From UHGV virus genome UHGV-0363627: 64,000 nucleotides of DNA, one strand, 5' to 3'. Source of the DNA: a virus. The translations under genes were made by a program, and so were the position numbers. The notes beneath the pieces were generated by a model. It made no database searches. It saw only the letters and a list, made by a program, of their open reading frames with translations, and was not told the DNA's origin. Of this stretch, positions 48,854-58,211 are shown piece after piece. Position 1 is the first letter of the stretch, and each line of letters starts with the position of its first letter.

Positions 48854-50113
48854 ATGAATATGGGATTACAATTTGGTTTTGAAGGACAAAAAAGTGCTGC
48901 TGCTGCACAAGAAACAAAAGTTGATGTTAATACAGGAGAAGAAACTAAAGTTGATAACAATGGTGAAGAAGTTGCTACTTTAGATAACAATGGCAATCCT
49001 GGTGAACAAACTCCTCCAGCAGATAATAATAGAGAAGGTGATAATGACAATTTAGAAGTTGGAGCTGTTGTTAGTTTAGGTGAAGATAATTATACTGTTA
49101 ATGAGAAAGGTGATTTAGTTGATAAAGATGGAAACATTTTTAAAGAAGCTAAAGATGTAAAGGCTTTTCTTGAAGAATATGAAGTTACTGAAAAAGATGA
49201 AACTCCAGTATTTGATATTAATGGTATGATTGAAGCTGTCGGAACAAAAATTACAGATGAAGATGGCGAAGATGTAGTTTTTGAAAATACACCAGAAGGG
49301 GCTGCTGCTTATGTTAATGAAGTTCTTGAATTAAAGAAAGAAGAATTTGCTAAAGCTGGTGTTGAAGCATTGATTGAGAAATATCCTATTGTAAATGATT
49401 TCCTTAATTATTATATTGCAAATGGTAATTCTTATGAAGGATTTGGACAAAATAAAGATAGAAGTTCTATCGTAATTGATGAAAATAATGAAGCACAGCA
49501 AGAAGTTATTATTCGTGAGGCTTGGAAAGAAAGTAAACGAGCTGGTAATGTTGATGCTTACATTAAATATCTTAAAGATAGTAATCAATTAAAAGATGTT
49601 GCTCAATCTGAATTAGAAGGATTGCAAGAATATGATAGACGAGTTAAAGAACAAATTGCTAAAGAAGCACAAGAAAGAATAGTAAAAGAGCAACAAGAAC
49701 AAGAGCAATATTGGGGAATGGTCAAAGAAATAATTGACAATAAACAAATTGCTGGTTACAAACTTCCAGAAGTGATTATGCTCAATAAAGATGGTAAACA
49801 AGTTACTGCTTCTTTGAATGACTTCTATAATTATGTTTATCAAGTTGATGATAAAGGTATTAGTAGATACGAATATTCTTTAATGAATAAGACGCCGAAA
49901 GAAAGATGTGAAAGACAACTTCTTGAAGCTTATTTAGATTTTACTGGTAATGATTATACTAGTCTTATTAATTTAGCAATGGCTGAAGAAAAGAAGAAAC
50001 AATTAGTATTAACTTCTGCAAATAAAAAGAATAAAGTAACTATTATCAAACCAAAGAGAGAAGAAACAAAAACTGCTGGTTCTACTGCAAATAAGATAGC
50101 TAGTAGTTATTAA
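48854..50113 (+). CDS. scaffold-like acidic protein (419 aa)
   Basis: Highly acidic, coiled-coil, directly upstream of the MCP. The second ATG at 48860 gives MGLQFGF, matching the start of gene 51633. Confidence 0.35.
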   Translation: MNMGLQFGFEGQKSAAAAQETKVDVNTGEETKVDNNGEEVATLDNNGNPGEQTPPADNNREGDNDNLEVGAVVSLGEDNYTVNEKGDLVDKDGNIFKEAKDVKAFLEEYEVTEKDETPVFDINGMIEAVGTKITDEDGEDVVFENTPEGAAAYVNEVLELKKEEFAKAGVEALIEKYPIVNDFLNYYIANGNSYEGFGQNKDRSSIVIDENNEAQQEVIIREAWKESKRAGNVDAYIKYLKDSNQLKDVAQSELEGLQEYDRRVKEQIAKEAQERIVKEQQEQEQYWGMVKEIIDNKQIAGYKLPEVIMLNKDGKQVTASLNDFYNYVYQVDDKGISRYEYSLMNKTPKERCERQLLEAYLDFTGNDYTSLINLAMAEEKKKQLVLTSANKKNKVTIIKPKREETKTAGSTANKIASSY

Positions 50114-51612
50114 TGTTTAATTTAAAATTATTTTTACTTATGTACACGATGCGAAAATTGAGTACAGGTAGATATGATGATAGAGGTTATTCTAATGAAG
50201 AATCTATCGCTAATCTACAGCTTACTCGACCTGTTGAATTAAATGCTTTCCTTACTTATAACTATGGTATGGATAGTGATAGATTTCCTCTTAGTTTTAT
50301 GACAGAAGGACAAGGCAGTAGAGGTATTACTACTTGTAAGACTGTTCAGTGGACTTGGAAAACTATGGGAAGAATGAAGTTTACTGATTATGTAACTTAT
50401 TTTAATAGTGGTAATACTAAACCTGGTATTGGTGGTACTGAATTTGAAGTTCATTTTGCTTCTCATTGGTTTATTGAACAATATGGTTTGCTTGCACCTG
50501 ATGGTATTACACAAGTTCGTATTCAGAAAGATTGTGGACAGAGTGCTTATGGATATAAATATATTCTTGTTTGTACTAATCCTGACCCTAATTTCTTTAT
50601 CGACCCAGACCTTTTAGCTAAAGGTAAATATTGGAGTTTAACTGCTCCTACTGTTAGTGAAAGTTATTCTAAAGGTAATAGAAGTAATTCTATGGGACCT
50701 GGTGAAATGACTTCACAATTGGAATTCTTTAGATATAGTAAAGAAATTGCTGGTAATCTTGCTAATACTGTTACTCAGTATGAATTTATTGATGAAAATG
50801 GTGCTAGTAATAAACTTTGGATTAATGAAGAAATGCGCCAGTTCAATCTGAATATGCGTGTAATGAACGAAGAAAGATTGTGGTTGCATGAATATAATAG
50901 ATTGCCTGATGGTACGGTTAAACTTATTGATAGAGATAATGGTAAACCTATTTATCAGACTGCTGGTATGTTAGAAATTTGTCGTGAAAGTAACTATGAT
51001 ACTTACGGTGAATATTTGACATTGAATAAACTTGAAAGAACTATCGGCGATGTTTTGAATAAAGATACTGATGATGGAACAATGGATGTTGTTCTTATGG
51101 GTGGTAAAGGATTTATTCAGGATTTCCAGTTAGCTGTTGAAAATGATGCAAGAGCTAAAGGTTTTGTTACTCCTCTTGGAGAAAAGAAAATCATGGATAA
51201 CGGCGATGGTCTTGCTTATGGTAAATACTTTAATCAGTATAAGACACCAGATGGTCATACTATTACAGTTAAACATTGTGCTTTCTTTGACCATGGTACT
51301 CCAGCAGAAGCTGCTAAACAGAATGGTATGATTCATCCTCGTACAGGACTTCCTATTACTTCACATCAGGCTTGTCTTATTGATATGTCTAGTTATAAAG
51401 GTGTGCAGAATGTTCGTATTGTTAAACAAGCTGGACAAGAATATATGGCTAAAGTTATTGAAGGTATGACACCGATTCCTGCGTCTTGGGGTATTCCTTC
51501 TACTGGTCATGCAGCTACAGATGTTGATATGGCTCGTTATGAAATTAAAGGTTCAATGGGACTGCAAGTTAATAATGCAACTAAGATGTTCTTGTTGAAG
51601 TGTGTATTGTAA
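50113..51612 (+). CDS. major capsid protein
   Basis: 499 aa following portal and scaffold. Size and position match crAss-like HK97-fold MCPs. Confidence 0.55.
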   Translation: MFNLKLFLLMYTMRKLSTGRYDDRGYSNEESIANLQLTRPVELNAFLTYNYGMDSDRFPLSFMTEGQGSRGITTCKTVQWTWKTMGRMKFTDYVTYFNSGNTKPGIGGTEFEVHFASHWFIEQYGLLAPDGITQVRIQKDCGQSAYGYKYILVCTNPDPNFFIDPDLLAKGKYWSLTAPTVSESYSKGNRSNSMGPGEMTSQLEFFRYSKEIAGNLANTVTQYEFIDENGASNKLWINEEMRQFNLNMRVMNEERLWLHEYNRLPDGTVKLIDRDNGKPIYQTAGMLEICRESNYDTYGEYLTLNKLERTIGDVLNKDTDDGTMDVVLMGGKGFIQDFQLAVENDARAKGFVTPLGEKKIMDNGDGLAYGKYFNQYKTPDGHTITVKHCAFFDHGTPAEAAKQNGMIHPRTGLPITSHQACLIDMSSYKGVQNVRIVKQAGQEYMAKVIEGMTPIPASWGIPSTGHAATDVDMARYEIKGSMGLQVNNATKMFLLKCVL

Positions 51613-51632
51613 TAATTTAAAATAATAGTATT

Positions 51633-52757
51633 ATGGGATTAGAATTTGGTATGACGAATGGTAATGCTAATAAAGCAGAAGTAGCAAAAGAAACCACAGA
51701 AGAAACTAGACAGAAATTTTCTAATAGTGAGGAACGAGAAGCGTTTCTTAGTAAAGAATATACAAATAAAAGAAGTGTTACTATTGCCTTAACAAACAAT
51801 TATTCTTTCTATAGAAAAGCTAACGATAAAGTATTAGATGAACGTAATGAGTATATTGGTAGTTGTGTTCGTACTTCACGTACTTTAGCTAGTAACAAAG
51901 AAGAAATGAACGCTTACTTTCCAAATCTTATTGGAGTTTCTCCTAGTAATGAAAATTATATTACAAAAGTCAAAGAGTATTTGAATAATATTCAAGTAAA
52001 AGTAGATAAGTTAGGTGTTAAACTTAATACAAGTTTTGTTTATTATCAGTATCGACATTATCTTAAATATAAAGATGCTGAAGATAAAATTAATGCTGAA
52101 TATGATGCAATAGACAAGACAAATACTAAAGCTCTTAAAGAAGGACTTGAAAAGAAAATTACAGCTCTTAATGCTCTTGAAAGTGAACAATACAAATATG
52201 GTTATCCTGAAAATATTGCTGATTATCTTTTATACAGACATTGTTTGTTATATAAAGATATAGCAAAAGAGCCAGCTTTAATTAATAACGATAAATCTAT
52301 TCGTTTTTGGATTAAAGATGAAGCTAAAGAAGCTAAACTTCAAGAAGGATTGCGTATTGAACTTAACAAAGCTAAACGTAATTATGTTGGAATTTGTGAT
52401 GATGATGATTACTTTAAAAATGTTTATGTTCAGTATTGTGTTATTAAAGGTATGCCAATTTCTGCATCTCTTGCTGAAAGTAAGATTACACAGCAGAATA
52501 ATCTTGATAAATTTAGTCAAGAAGAACCTGTTAAATTTAATAAGATATGTTCGGATAAACAACTTGTTGTTAAGTCATTGATTGAACAACTTATTGAAAA
52601 TGGAGTTCTTAATAGGCATCCTTATTCACAAAATATTGTTGCTGCTGATAGCGGTGATTATATTGGAGCAAATATGAAAGAAGCTGTAATATGGTTTACT
52701 AATCCAGATAATGCTAATGCCGTTGAAGCATATAAGAATAAACTAAATTATATGTAA
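51633..52757 (+). CDS. head-associated protein (374 aa)
   Basis: ORF downstream of MCP. Shares the start module ATGGGATTAsAATTTGGT (MGLxFG) with 48860. Confidence 0.4.
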   Translation: MGLEFGMTNGNANKAEVAKETTEETRQKFSNSEEREAFLSKEYTNKRSVTIALTNNYSFYRKANDKVLDERNEYIGSCVRTSRTLASNKEEMNAYFPNLIGVSPSNENYITKVKEYLNNIQVKVDKLGVKLNTSFVYYQYRHYLKYKDAEDKINAEYDAIDKTNTKALKEGLEKKITALNALESEQYKYGYPENIADYLLYRHCLLYKDIAKEPALINNDKSIRFWIKDEAKEAKLQEGLRIELNKAKRNYVGICDDDDYFKNVYVQYCVIKGMPISASLAESKITQQNNLDKFSQEEPVKFNKICSDKQLVVKSLIEQLIENGVLNRHPYSQNIVAADSGDYIGANMKEAVIWFTNPDNANAVEAYKNKLNYM

Positions 52758-52758
52758 T

Positions 52759-53418
52759 ATGACAATAGAAGAGATGCACGTCATGTTTAGAGAGGTAGCA
52801 CAACAGATGGGGTTACAGACTGTACGTGCTATCTTTTCTGAAAATATAGATATATGTCTTAATAATGCTATTAATGCAAAAGTCAGAAATTTGTTAGCTG
52901 AAAATATTGGTAATATACCAACTAATAAAGCAAAACAAATAGGAGTATCTCCATTAAATAGTTTACGAACTTTGTATAAAGAAGGAATTATTGATGCAGA
53001 TGATATTAATGGAGATGGTACTGAAATAAGTCCTTTTACATTTAATATTGATACGACTGAAATAATGTTGATAACAGGTTTCAAACTTTATTATGATACA
53101 AAACTTTATGAATGTAGAATAATTGAGAATGAAGAATTGAGTGATACATTACGAGATTTTTGTAATAGAGCATCTAAGACATATCCTATAATTACTGCAT
53201 TTGGTGCTGAAAATGAAATAGATGTACAATTATATAATGGTGATGATAAGATAAAACCTAAACAAATAAAGTATAGTTATATCAAATTACCGAATACAGT
53301 TGTATATGATGAAGAATATGGAGATAACAATATAAATTGTGATTTACCAATATATCTTCATAATGATATAGTAAATGATGCAGTAAAATATTATTTATCT
53401 AGTATTGGTAAAAATTAA
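52759..53418 (+). CDS. hypothetical structural protein (219 aa)
   Basis: ORF in the structural block. Confidence 0.4.
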   Translation: MTIEEMHVMFREVAQQMGLQTVRAIFSENIDICLNNAINAKVRNLLAENIGNIPTNKAKQIGVSPLNSLRTLYKEGIIDADDINGDGTEISPFTFNIDTTEIMLITGFKLYYDTKLYECRIIENEELSDTLRDFCNRASKTYPIITAFGAENEIDVQLYNGDDKIKPKQIKYSYIKLPNTVVYDEEYGDNNINCDLPIYLHNDIVNDAVKYYLSSIGKN

Positions 53419-53430
53419 AATTGATAAGTT

Positions 53431-54315
53431 ATGAGACGATTTATTTTAGCTGATAAAACAGCAATGGCTAATTATCCTACTACTATTCCTTTGACTGCTG
53501 GACAAGTTGCATTTGCTGCTTTTAAAGATGATGGTGCTGGAACAGATGATGGTGCTGGAACAGATGACACAGGTTTAGTACTTGATACTGACGGTACTAA
53601 AATTAAAAAAGAAGGAGTTATTCTTTATCACGATGGACAGAAGATGTGGAATATTCCTATTTATAAGAATAGCTTTAGTTATGTGAAAAGTGGTTATGCT
53701 GCTGGTACTGCATTTAATTGTGATGTAACAATCCCTGCTCCTACAGCTGGTTTGACTTATACTATGATTCTTGTTAAGAAAGGCATGCCTTTTAATCATA
53801 GAAATAAATGGACAGGAACTTATTTAGCAAAAGATGGTGATACGGCTAATACAGTTGCAGCTTATTTGAGAAAATATTTTTCAGCTAATGCTGCCGAACT
53901 TGATATTAAGGTAACAGGTTCTGCAAGTCAGGTTATTATTACAGGTAATGATAAACGACAAGATTATGAAATTGTATTTGCTGATGATTTAGCTGGAACT
54001 GCTCAGACACCTACTCATGCTATTGCTCCAACTAATGATGCTAAAGCTATTCAGGAAATGTGGTTGCAAGCTGCTGGAGATATGGGATATACAGATACAT
54101 TTGATGATTTTATTTATCGTGGTCATTATCCTCTCAATCCTCTACGGGCAAGCAATACAGCTGATACAGGCTTTATTGTTTATACTCTTCAGTTTGCTGA
54201 ACCTAGAACTACAAGAACTGTAGATACTGCCATTAATCAAATTGTTCAAATTGCTTTACCGACAAGTACTTTAACAACTGAAATCGACGCTGTACTTACT
54301 GCTCTTGCCAAATAA
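53431..54315 (+). CDS. hypothetical structural protein (294 aa) with internal 18-nt tandem repeat (DDGAGT x2.3) and a motif copy (NPLRASN)
   Basis: ORF. Tandem repeat 53526-53567. Confidence 0.4.
   Translation: MRRFILADKTAMANYPTTIPLTAGQVAFAAFKDDGAGTDDGAGTDDTGLVLDTDGTKIKKEGVILYHDGQKMWNIPIYKNSFSYVKSGYAAGTAFNCDVTIPAPTAGLTYTMILVKKGMPFNHRNKWTGTYLAKDGDTANTVAAYLRKYFSANAAELDIKVTGSASQVIITGNDKRQDYEIVFADDLAGTAQTPTHAIAPTNDAKAIQEMWLQAAGDMGYTDTFDDFIYRGHYPLNPLRASNTADTGFIVYTLQFAEPRTTRTVDTAINQIVQIALPTSTLTTEIDAVLTALAK
53526..53567 (+). repeat. 18-nt tandem repeat (GATGATGGTGCTGGAACA x2.3) inside CDS 53431..54315, encoding DDGAGT repeats
   Basis: Direct tandem copies. Confidence 0.8.
54137..54153 (-). repeat. 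Motif copy (R) ATCCTCTACGGGCAAGC in CDS 53431..54315 (PLRASN). CAAT...CAAT flanks.
   Basis: Consensus minus the final T. Confidence 0.75.
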
Positions 54316-54386
54316 CTTGATTGATTAGAGATGTTAGCCGAATATTAATCAAAAAGGAGTTATTGATATTAATCTTATGATTAGTA

Positions 54387-55022
54387 TTGGTAACTCCTTT
54401 TATTGTATATATTTTTATGGATTTGATGAATAGTGCTGTAGAACAAGGAATTTGGTCTGCTATTGTTGTTGGGATTTATCTTGTTATTGCAAAAGTGATT
54501 GATACTTATAAAGAAATTAAAAAACATAATAAAGAAGAAGAAGTCAAAAAACATCAAATAGTTATTAATCAAAAATTGATTGATAGCGTTGCAAATATTA
54601 GTGATTTTATTACATTAACTACAAAAAATATAATAGGTAAAGATAAAGAAAGATGTGTAAATGCTATCAAACATTTATTTAAATCATCTGCTAATTCTAT
54701 TATAAAATTTGGTACTGATACAATTATTGCAAATAATATTCAGATTAATAAAGTAAACATATTAAGTAATATTGAAGATATTGTTAATGCTGAATATTAT
54801 AGTTTGTATAGTGCGTTAATGCTTTATCATACTGATGCAAATCCAATTACTGATTATATAAAAGTAGATTGGAAAAATGAAATTAAAGATGTATTGATAA
54901 ATATTATTTATAATGAAAATCTTAATAAAGAACAAAAACTTTATAATATAAACAATAAGATAAATATTAAAATAAATGATTATAGTATTTATGTAACTAA
55001 TAAATATTTAGAGAAATGTTAG
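54387..55022 (+). CDS. hypothetical protein with N-terminal TM helix (211 aa)
   Basis: ORF. Confidence 0.4.
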   Translation: MVTPFIVYIFMDLMNSAVEQGIWSAIVVGIYLVIAKVIDTYKEIKKHNKEEEVKKHQIVINQKLIDSVANISDFITLTTKNIIGKDKERCVNAIKHLFKSSANSIIKFGTDTIIANNIQINKVNILSNIEDIVNAEYYSLYSALMLYHTDANPITDYIKVDWKNEIKDVLINIIYNENLNKEQKLYNINNKINIKINDYSIYVTNKYLEKC

Positions 55023-55243
55023 AATTAGATATTGTAAAACCAAAATATGAAGAAAAACTTGTATTAATGGAAACAAATAATATTAAGAAAAAGAAATTTG
55101 GATTTATGATACAAGAGAAAGAAAAAGATATTGGACAAATATTATCTATTGTTGTTTTACATGGATTTGACAATATAGATATATTTGATGACAATACAAA
55201 ATTAAATTTGTTTGATATGAGTAATAATATAGTATATGAATAA
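55016..55243 (+). CDS. hypothetical protein (75 aa)
   Basis: ORF. Confidence 0.3.
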   Translation: MLELDIVKPKYEEKLVLMETNNIKKKKFGFMIQEKEKDIGQILSIVVLHGFDNIDIFDDNTKLNLFDMSNNIVYE

Positions 55244-58211
55244 ATATTCTTATTTAAAAATACCACTTGATTATGTTTGTATTTATAACAAACTTGCATA
55301 TTGTTTATATGCTTATGGTATAGATATAATTAAAGATTGCTCTGCTTCTTGTAAAACAAATAATAAAACTATTATTGAACTTTGGAATTTGTTTCAATTA
55401 GCTGTTGTTTGTTTTGAAAAGAATGAAATTGATAAAGCTGATTATTTTATTGATTATATAAAATCCAATCTTGATAAAATATATAATTCTATTAAAATAC
55501 CTAATTATAAAGGAGCAAATAATTATTATATTGATGAAGAAGGCAATAAACATACTTGTATAGTTTGTAATGGTTGGATATATGAAACTCCAAATCTTGT
55601 TACAACTTATGAATTTGTAATATCTGGTGGAACAACTATTGAAGATAATGGTAAAGGACAAACAATAAATATTCAAATAACATCTACAAAAACTATATCA
55701 GATGGAAATGATGTTCAAACAGAAGATGTACCATTTGATATAAGATATAATAATGTAGATGATGCTAATTGGATAGTATATAATTATAATGATAAAACTT
55801 TAACCATTAAACCTAATTCTTCTGAACCTAGAACAGGTAATATTTATTTTGAACAAAATGAAAGTAATAAACGAATAGATATTACTATTAATCAAGCTAA
55901 AGATGCTACTGAATATGAATATTATTTTGAATATGAACCTGATTCTTTTGTTTTTGAAAAAGAAGGTGGAGAAATTCAATTTAATGTTACAAAAAGTAGT
56001 AAAAGAGAATTAGCAGAAGGCTTGCCCGTAGGAGAAGAAATACCTGTTGAATGGAACGCAAAGATTGATGGATATGGATTTAGTTATAATACATTTACAA
56101 ATAAAGTTGTAGCTGAAGCTAATGATTATAAAGCACGTACAGGTAAACTTATTATTAATCGACCTGAATTGGGTACATCAAAAGATATTGAAATATCTAT
56201 TACACAAAAAGCTGGCGAACTAAATATTATATATAGTTTACAAGCAATTGCTAATACTAATATTGTTCCTGCTTTAAACGGTAAAGTAATAATAACGGTT
56301 TTATCTACAAAACAAGGTTATTATGGTAGTGAACCTATTGGTGACCCTGAACAAGTGCCATTTACTATTACTTCTGCTAGAGGATTTTTAAGCGGTGTTA
56401 ATGAAAACGGTGCTGTTTGGAATATGACAGAAAATATATCTGAAACAACACGAGAAGATACATTAATTGTTACACAAAATAATGCTGAGGGTAAAGAAGT
56501 AAGAATTAAAATTATCCAACAACCAGCTGTAGTTGATTATATTTATGCTTTTAACACTGATGCAGATACTATACGTATAGAAGCCACTGGGGGTAATAAA
56601 ACATTAAATGTTATATCAACGAAACAGAAAACTGTTAACGGAAAGCCTTACGGTGATGCTATTCAAATTAATTATAATTCTTCAATTACAGAAGGGTTTT
56701 CTATTAATAAAAATGTTGTAAATACTACAGAAAACCAAAATGAAGAAGAAAAACGAGGAACTGCAACATTTGTACAAGATGAAAGTAAAAAACAATTTAC
56801 TGTAACTATTATACAAAATGCTGCTACTGAGTCTTATGTATATACATTTTCAGTAGCAGAAGGAACTAATAAAGTTAGTTTTCCATATAGTGCCAGTCAA
56901 AAAACATTTAATATAACATCTGAAAAACAGAAATTATTAAACGGTAGTCCTTCAGGCGGTAAAGTACAAGTTGGTTTTAAAACTATTATACAAGGTGATG
57001 GTTATAGTGTTGGAGCAACAACAGAAAAAACAACAGAAATTAAAGTTAGTGAAAATAAAACAACTAATATAAGAATTGGTAGCGTAAGGTTTATTCAAAA
57101 TGAAAGTAATAAAGAATTACCTATTAGTTTAGAACAAGCTGCTGGAACATCTGAATGGAGATATAGTCTTGAAGTAACTGAAAGTAAGATAAATGTTCCT
57201 AATTATGAAAGCAGTGGAATTAGAAGAAATTTTACAATACAAAGCTATAGAAAATTATATATAAATGATGTTTATCAAGACCAACAAGCTAATGTGCCTT
57301 ATAATGTTTCATCTAATCAATCATGGTGTCAAGTAAATAATAATTCTACACAAATATCTGTTGATGAAAATTTAAGTTACATGCGAACAGCTATTGTTAC
57401 AATTACACAAACAGAAACAAATAATAATAAAAATATTGATATTAATCAAGAAGGTTCTAGTACAAAATATGAACAAAAAATAACTGCTCCTGATTTTTAT
57501 TTTCAACACGGTGAAAGTGTAAAAGTAGAAACTGCTGTTGCTGAATCATATCATTTAATAAATGGGCATATAATTCAAAATAAATCTGAACATAAAATAA
57601 TAGGAATTACAAGAAATGATTCAAATGGATATTATGATTTTGTTTATGATAAACTTAATATAACATGTACTATTACTAGATTCACAGAATCATTTAAGTC
57701 TAGCTATAGAATGAAAACTTCAATTGGTAATGCAGATGGTCGTGTTCTGTATATTAATCCGTCAGTTCTTGTTAATAATATAAATATAAAAGAAATATCA
57801 CTTTCTGATATTTATCTTCTTATTAAAGAAAATTATATTACAACTTATCAAAAACTTATAACCCTTATAATTAATAATAATAAAGCAATAAAAGAAAAGC
57901 CTGATAATGTTGTTAATAAACAAATTATTGATTGTTGGAATTTATTTCAATCCGCTGTTGCTGCTTATAATTTAGGATTTGAAAAAGATGCTGATTTCTT
58001 TATAAGTTTTATAAATTGTAATATAGATAATATAATTAATAAATATGGAGAAATATATAATGAAACTTTCTATTTCGAACACCCTGATATGATTGGAATA
58101 AGAGGAACAGAAATAACAATAGATGATATTGATTTTTATGTTAATGATGAAGATGGTAATATTTATCAAAAAGTAAATAAAGATGAAACCGATAATAAGA
58201 AAATTAGGTAA
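55236..58211 (+). CDS. tail/fibre protein with BACON-like repeat domains and homologous N- and C-terminal modules (991 aa)
   Basis: Repeated about 90-aa units ending in ...RTGNIYFEQNESNKRIDITINQA / RTGKLIINRPELG...ISITQKA / RGTATFVQDESKKQFTVTIIQNAA / IGSVRFIQNESNKELPISLEQAAG, typical of BACON domains known from crAssphage. N-terminal ELWNLFQLAVVCFEKNEIDKADYFIDYIKSNLDKIYN is repeated as DCWNLFQSAVAAYNLGFEKDADFFISFINCNIDNIINKYG near the C-terminus. Confidence 0.55.
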   Translation: MNKYSYLKIPLDYVCIYNKLAYCLYAYGIDIIKDCSASCKTNNKTIIELWNLFQLAVVCFEKNEIDKADYFIDYIKSNLDKIYNSIKIPNYKGANNYYIDEEGNKHTCIVCNGWIYETPNLVTTYEFVISGGTTIEDNGKGQTINIQITSTKTISDGNDVQTEDVPFDIRYNNVDDANWIVYNYNDKTLTIKPNSSEPRTGNIYFEQNESNKRIDITINQAKDATEYEYYFEYEPDSFVFEKEGGEIQFNVTKSSKRELAEGLPVGEEIPVEWNAKIDGYGFSYNTFTNKVVAEANDYKARTGKLIINRPELGTSKDIEISITQKAGELNIIYSLQAIANTNIVPALNGKVIITVLSTKQGYYGSEPIGDPEQVPFTITSARGFLSGVNENGAVWNMTENISETTREDTLIVTQNNAEGKEVRIKIIQQPAVVDYIYAFNTDADTIRIEATGGNKTLNVISTKQKTVNGKPYGDAIQINYNSSITEGFSINKNVVNTTENQNEEEKRGTATFVQDESKKQFTVTIIQNAATESYVYTFSVAEGTNKVSFPYSASQKTFNITSEKQKLLNGSPSGGKVQVGFKTIIQGDGYSVGATTEKTTEIKVSENKTTNIRIGSVRFIQNESNKELPISLEQAAGTSEWRYSLEVTESKINVPNYESSGIRRNFTIQSYRKLYINDVYQDQQANVPYNVSSNQSWCQVNNNSTQISVDENLSYMRTAIVTITQTETNNNKNIDINQEGSSTKYEQKITAPDFYFQHGESVKVETAVAESYHLINGHIIQNKSEHKIIGITRNDSNGYYDFVYDKLNITCTITRFTESFKSSYRMKTSIGNADGRVLYINPSVLVNNINIKEISLSDIYLLIKENYITTYQKLITLIINNNKAIKEKPDNVVNKQIIDCWNLFQSAVAAYNLGFEKDADFFISFINCNIDNIINKYGEIYNETFYFEHPDMIGIRGTEITIDDIDFYVNDEDGNIYQKVNKDETDNKKIR
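56020..56033 (+). repeat. Degenerate motif copy GCTTGCCCGTAGGA in the BACON protein CDS (GLPVGE)
   Basis: Core CTTGCCCGTAGG retained, 3' end diverged. Confidence 0.5.

Noticed and set aside
11015-55676. Other antisense or alternative-frame track ORFs. Examples: 11015..11230, 11804..12223, 12519..12806, 15101..15292, 18541..18747, 20294..20698, 20871..21068, 21973..22182, 22058..22357, 22466..22817, 23007..23198, 24390..24638, 27606..27992, 28198..28617, 30771..31016, 32101..32349, 32660..32845, 35132..35374, 36731..37017, 37115..37687, 38036..38239, 39039..39230, 39333..39776, 44063..44293, 45200..45610, 45288..45485, 46879..47079, 48089..48376, 48684..49050, 49331..49843, 50239..50617, 51130..51336, 51617..51799, 52278..52581, 52743..53084, 53575..53799, 54017..54223, 54381..54572, 54997..55299, 55398..55676. 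The remaining alternative-frame ORFs from 57972 onward are similar.
   Set aside because: Fully embedded in or antisense to longer, better-supported genes. Compositionally biased translations typical of AT-rich DNA.
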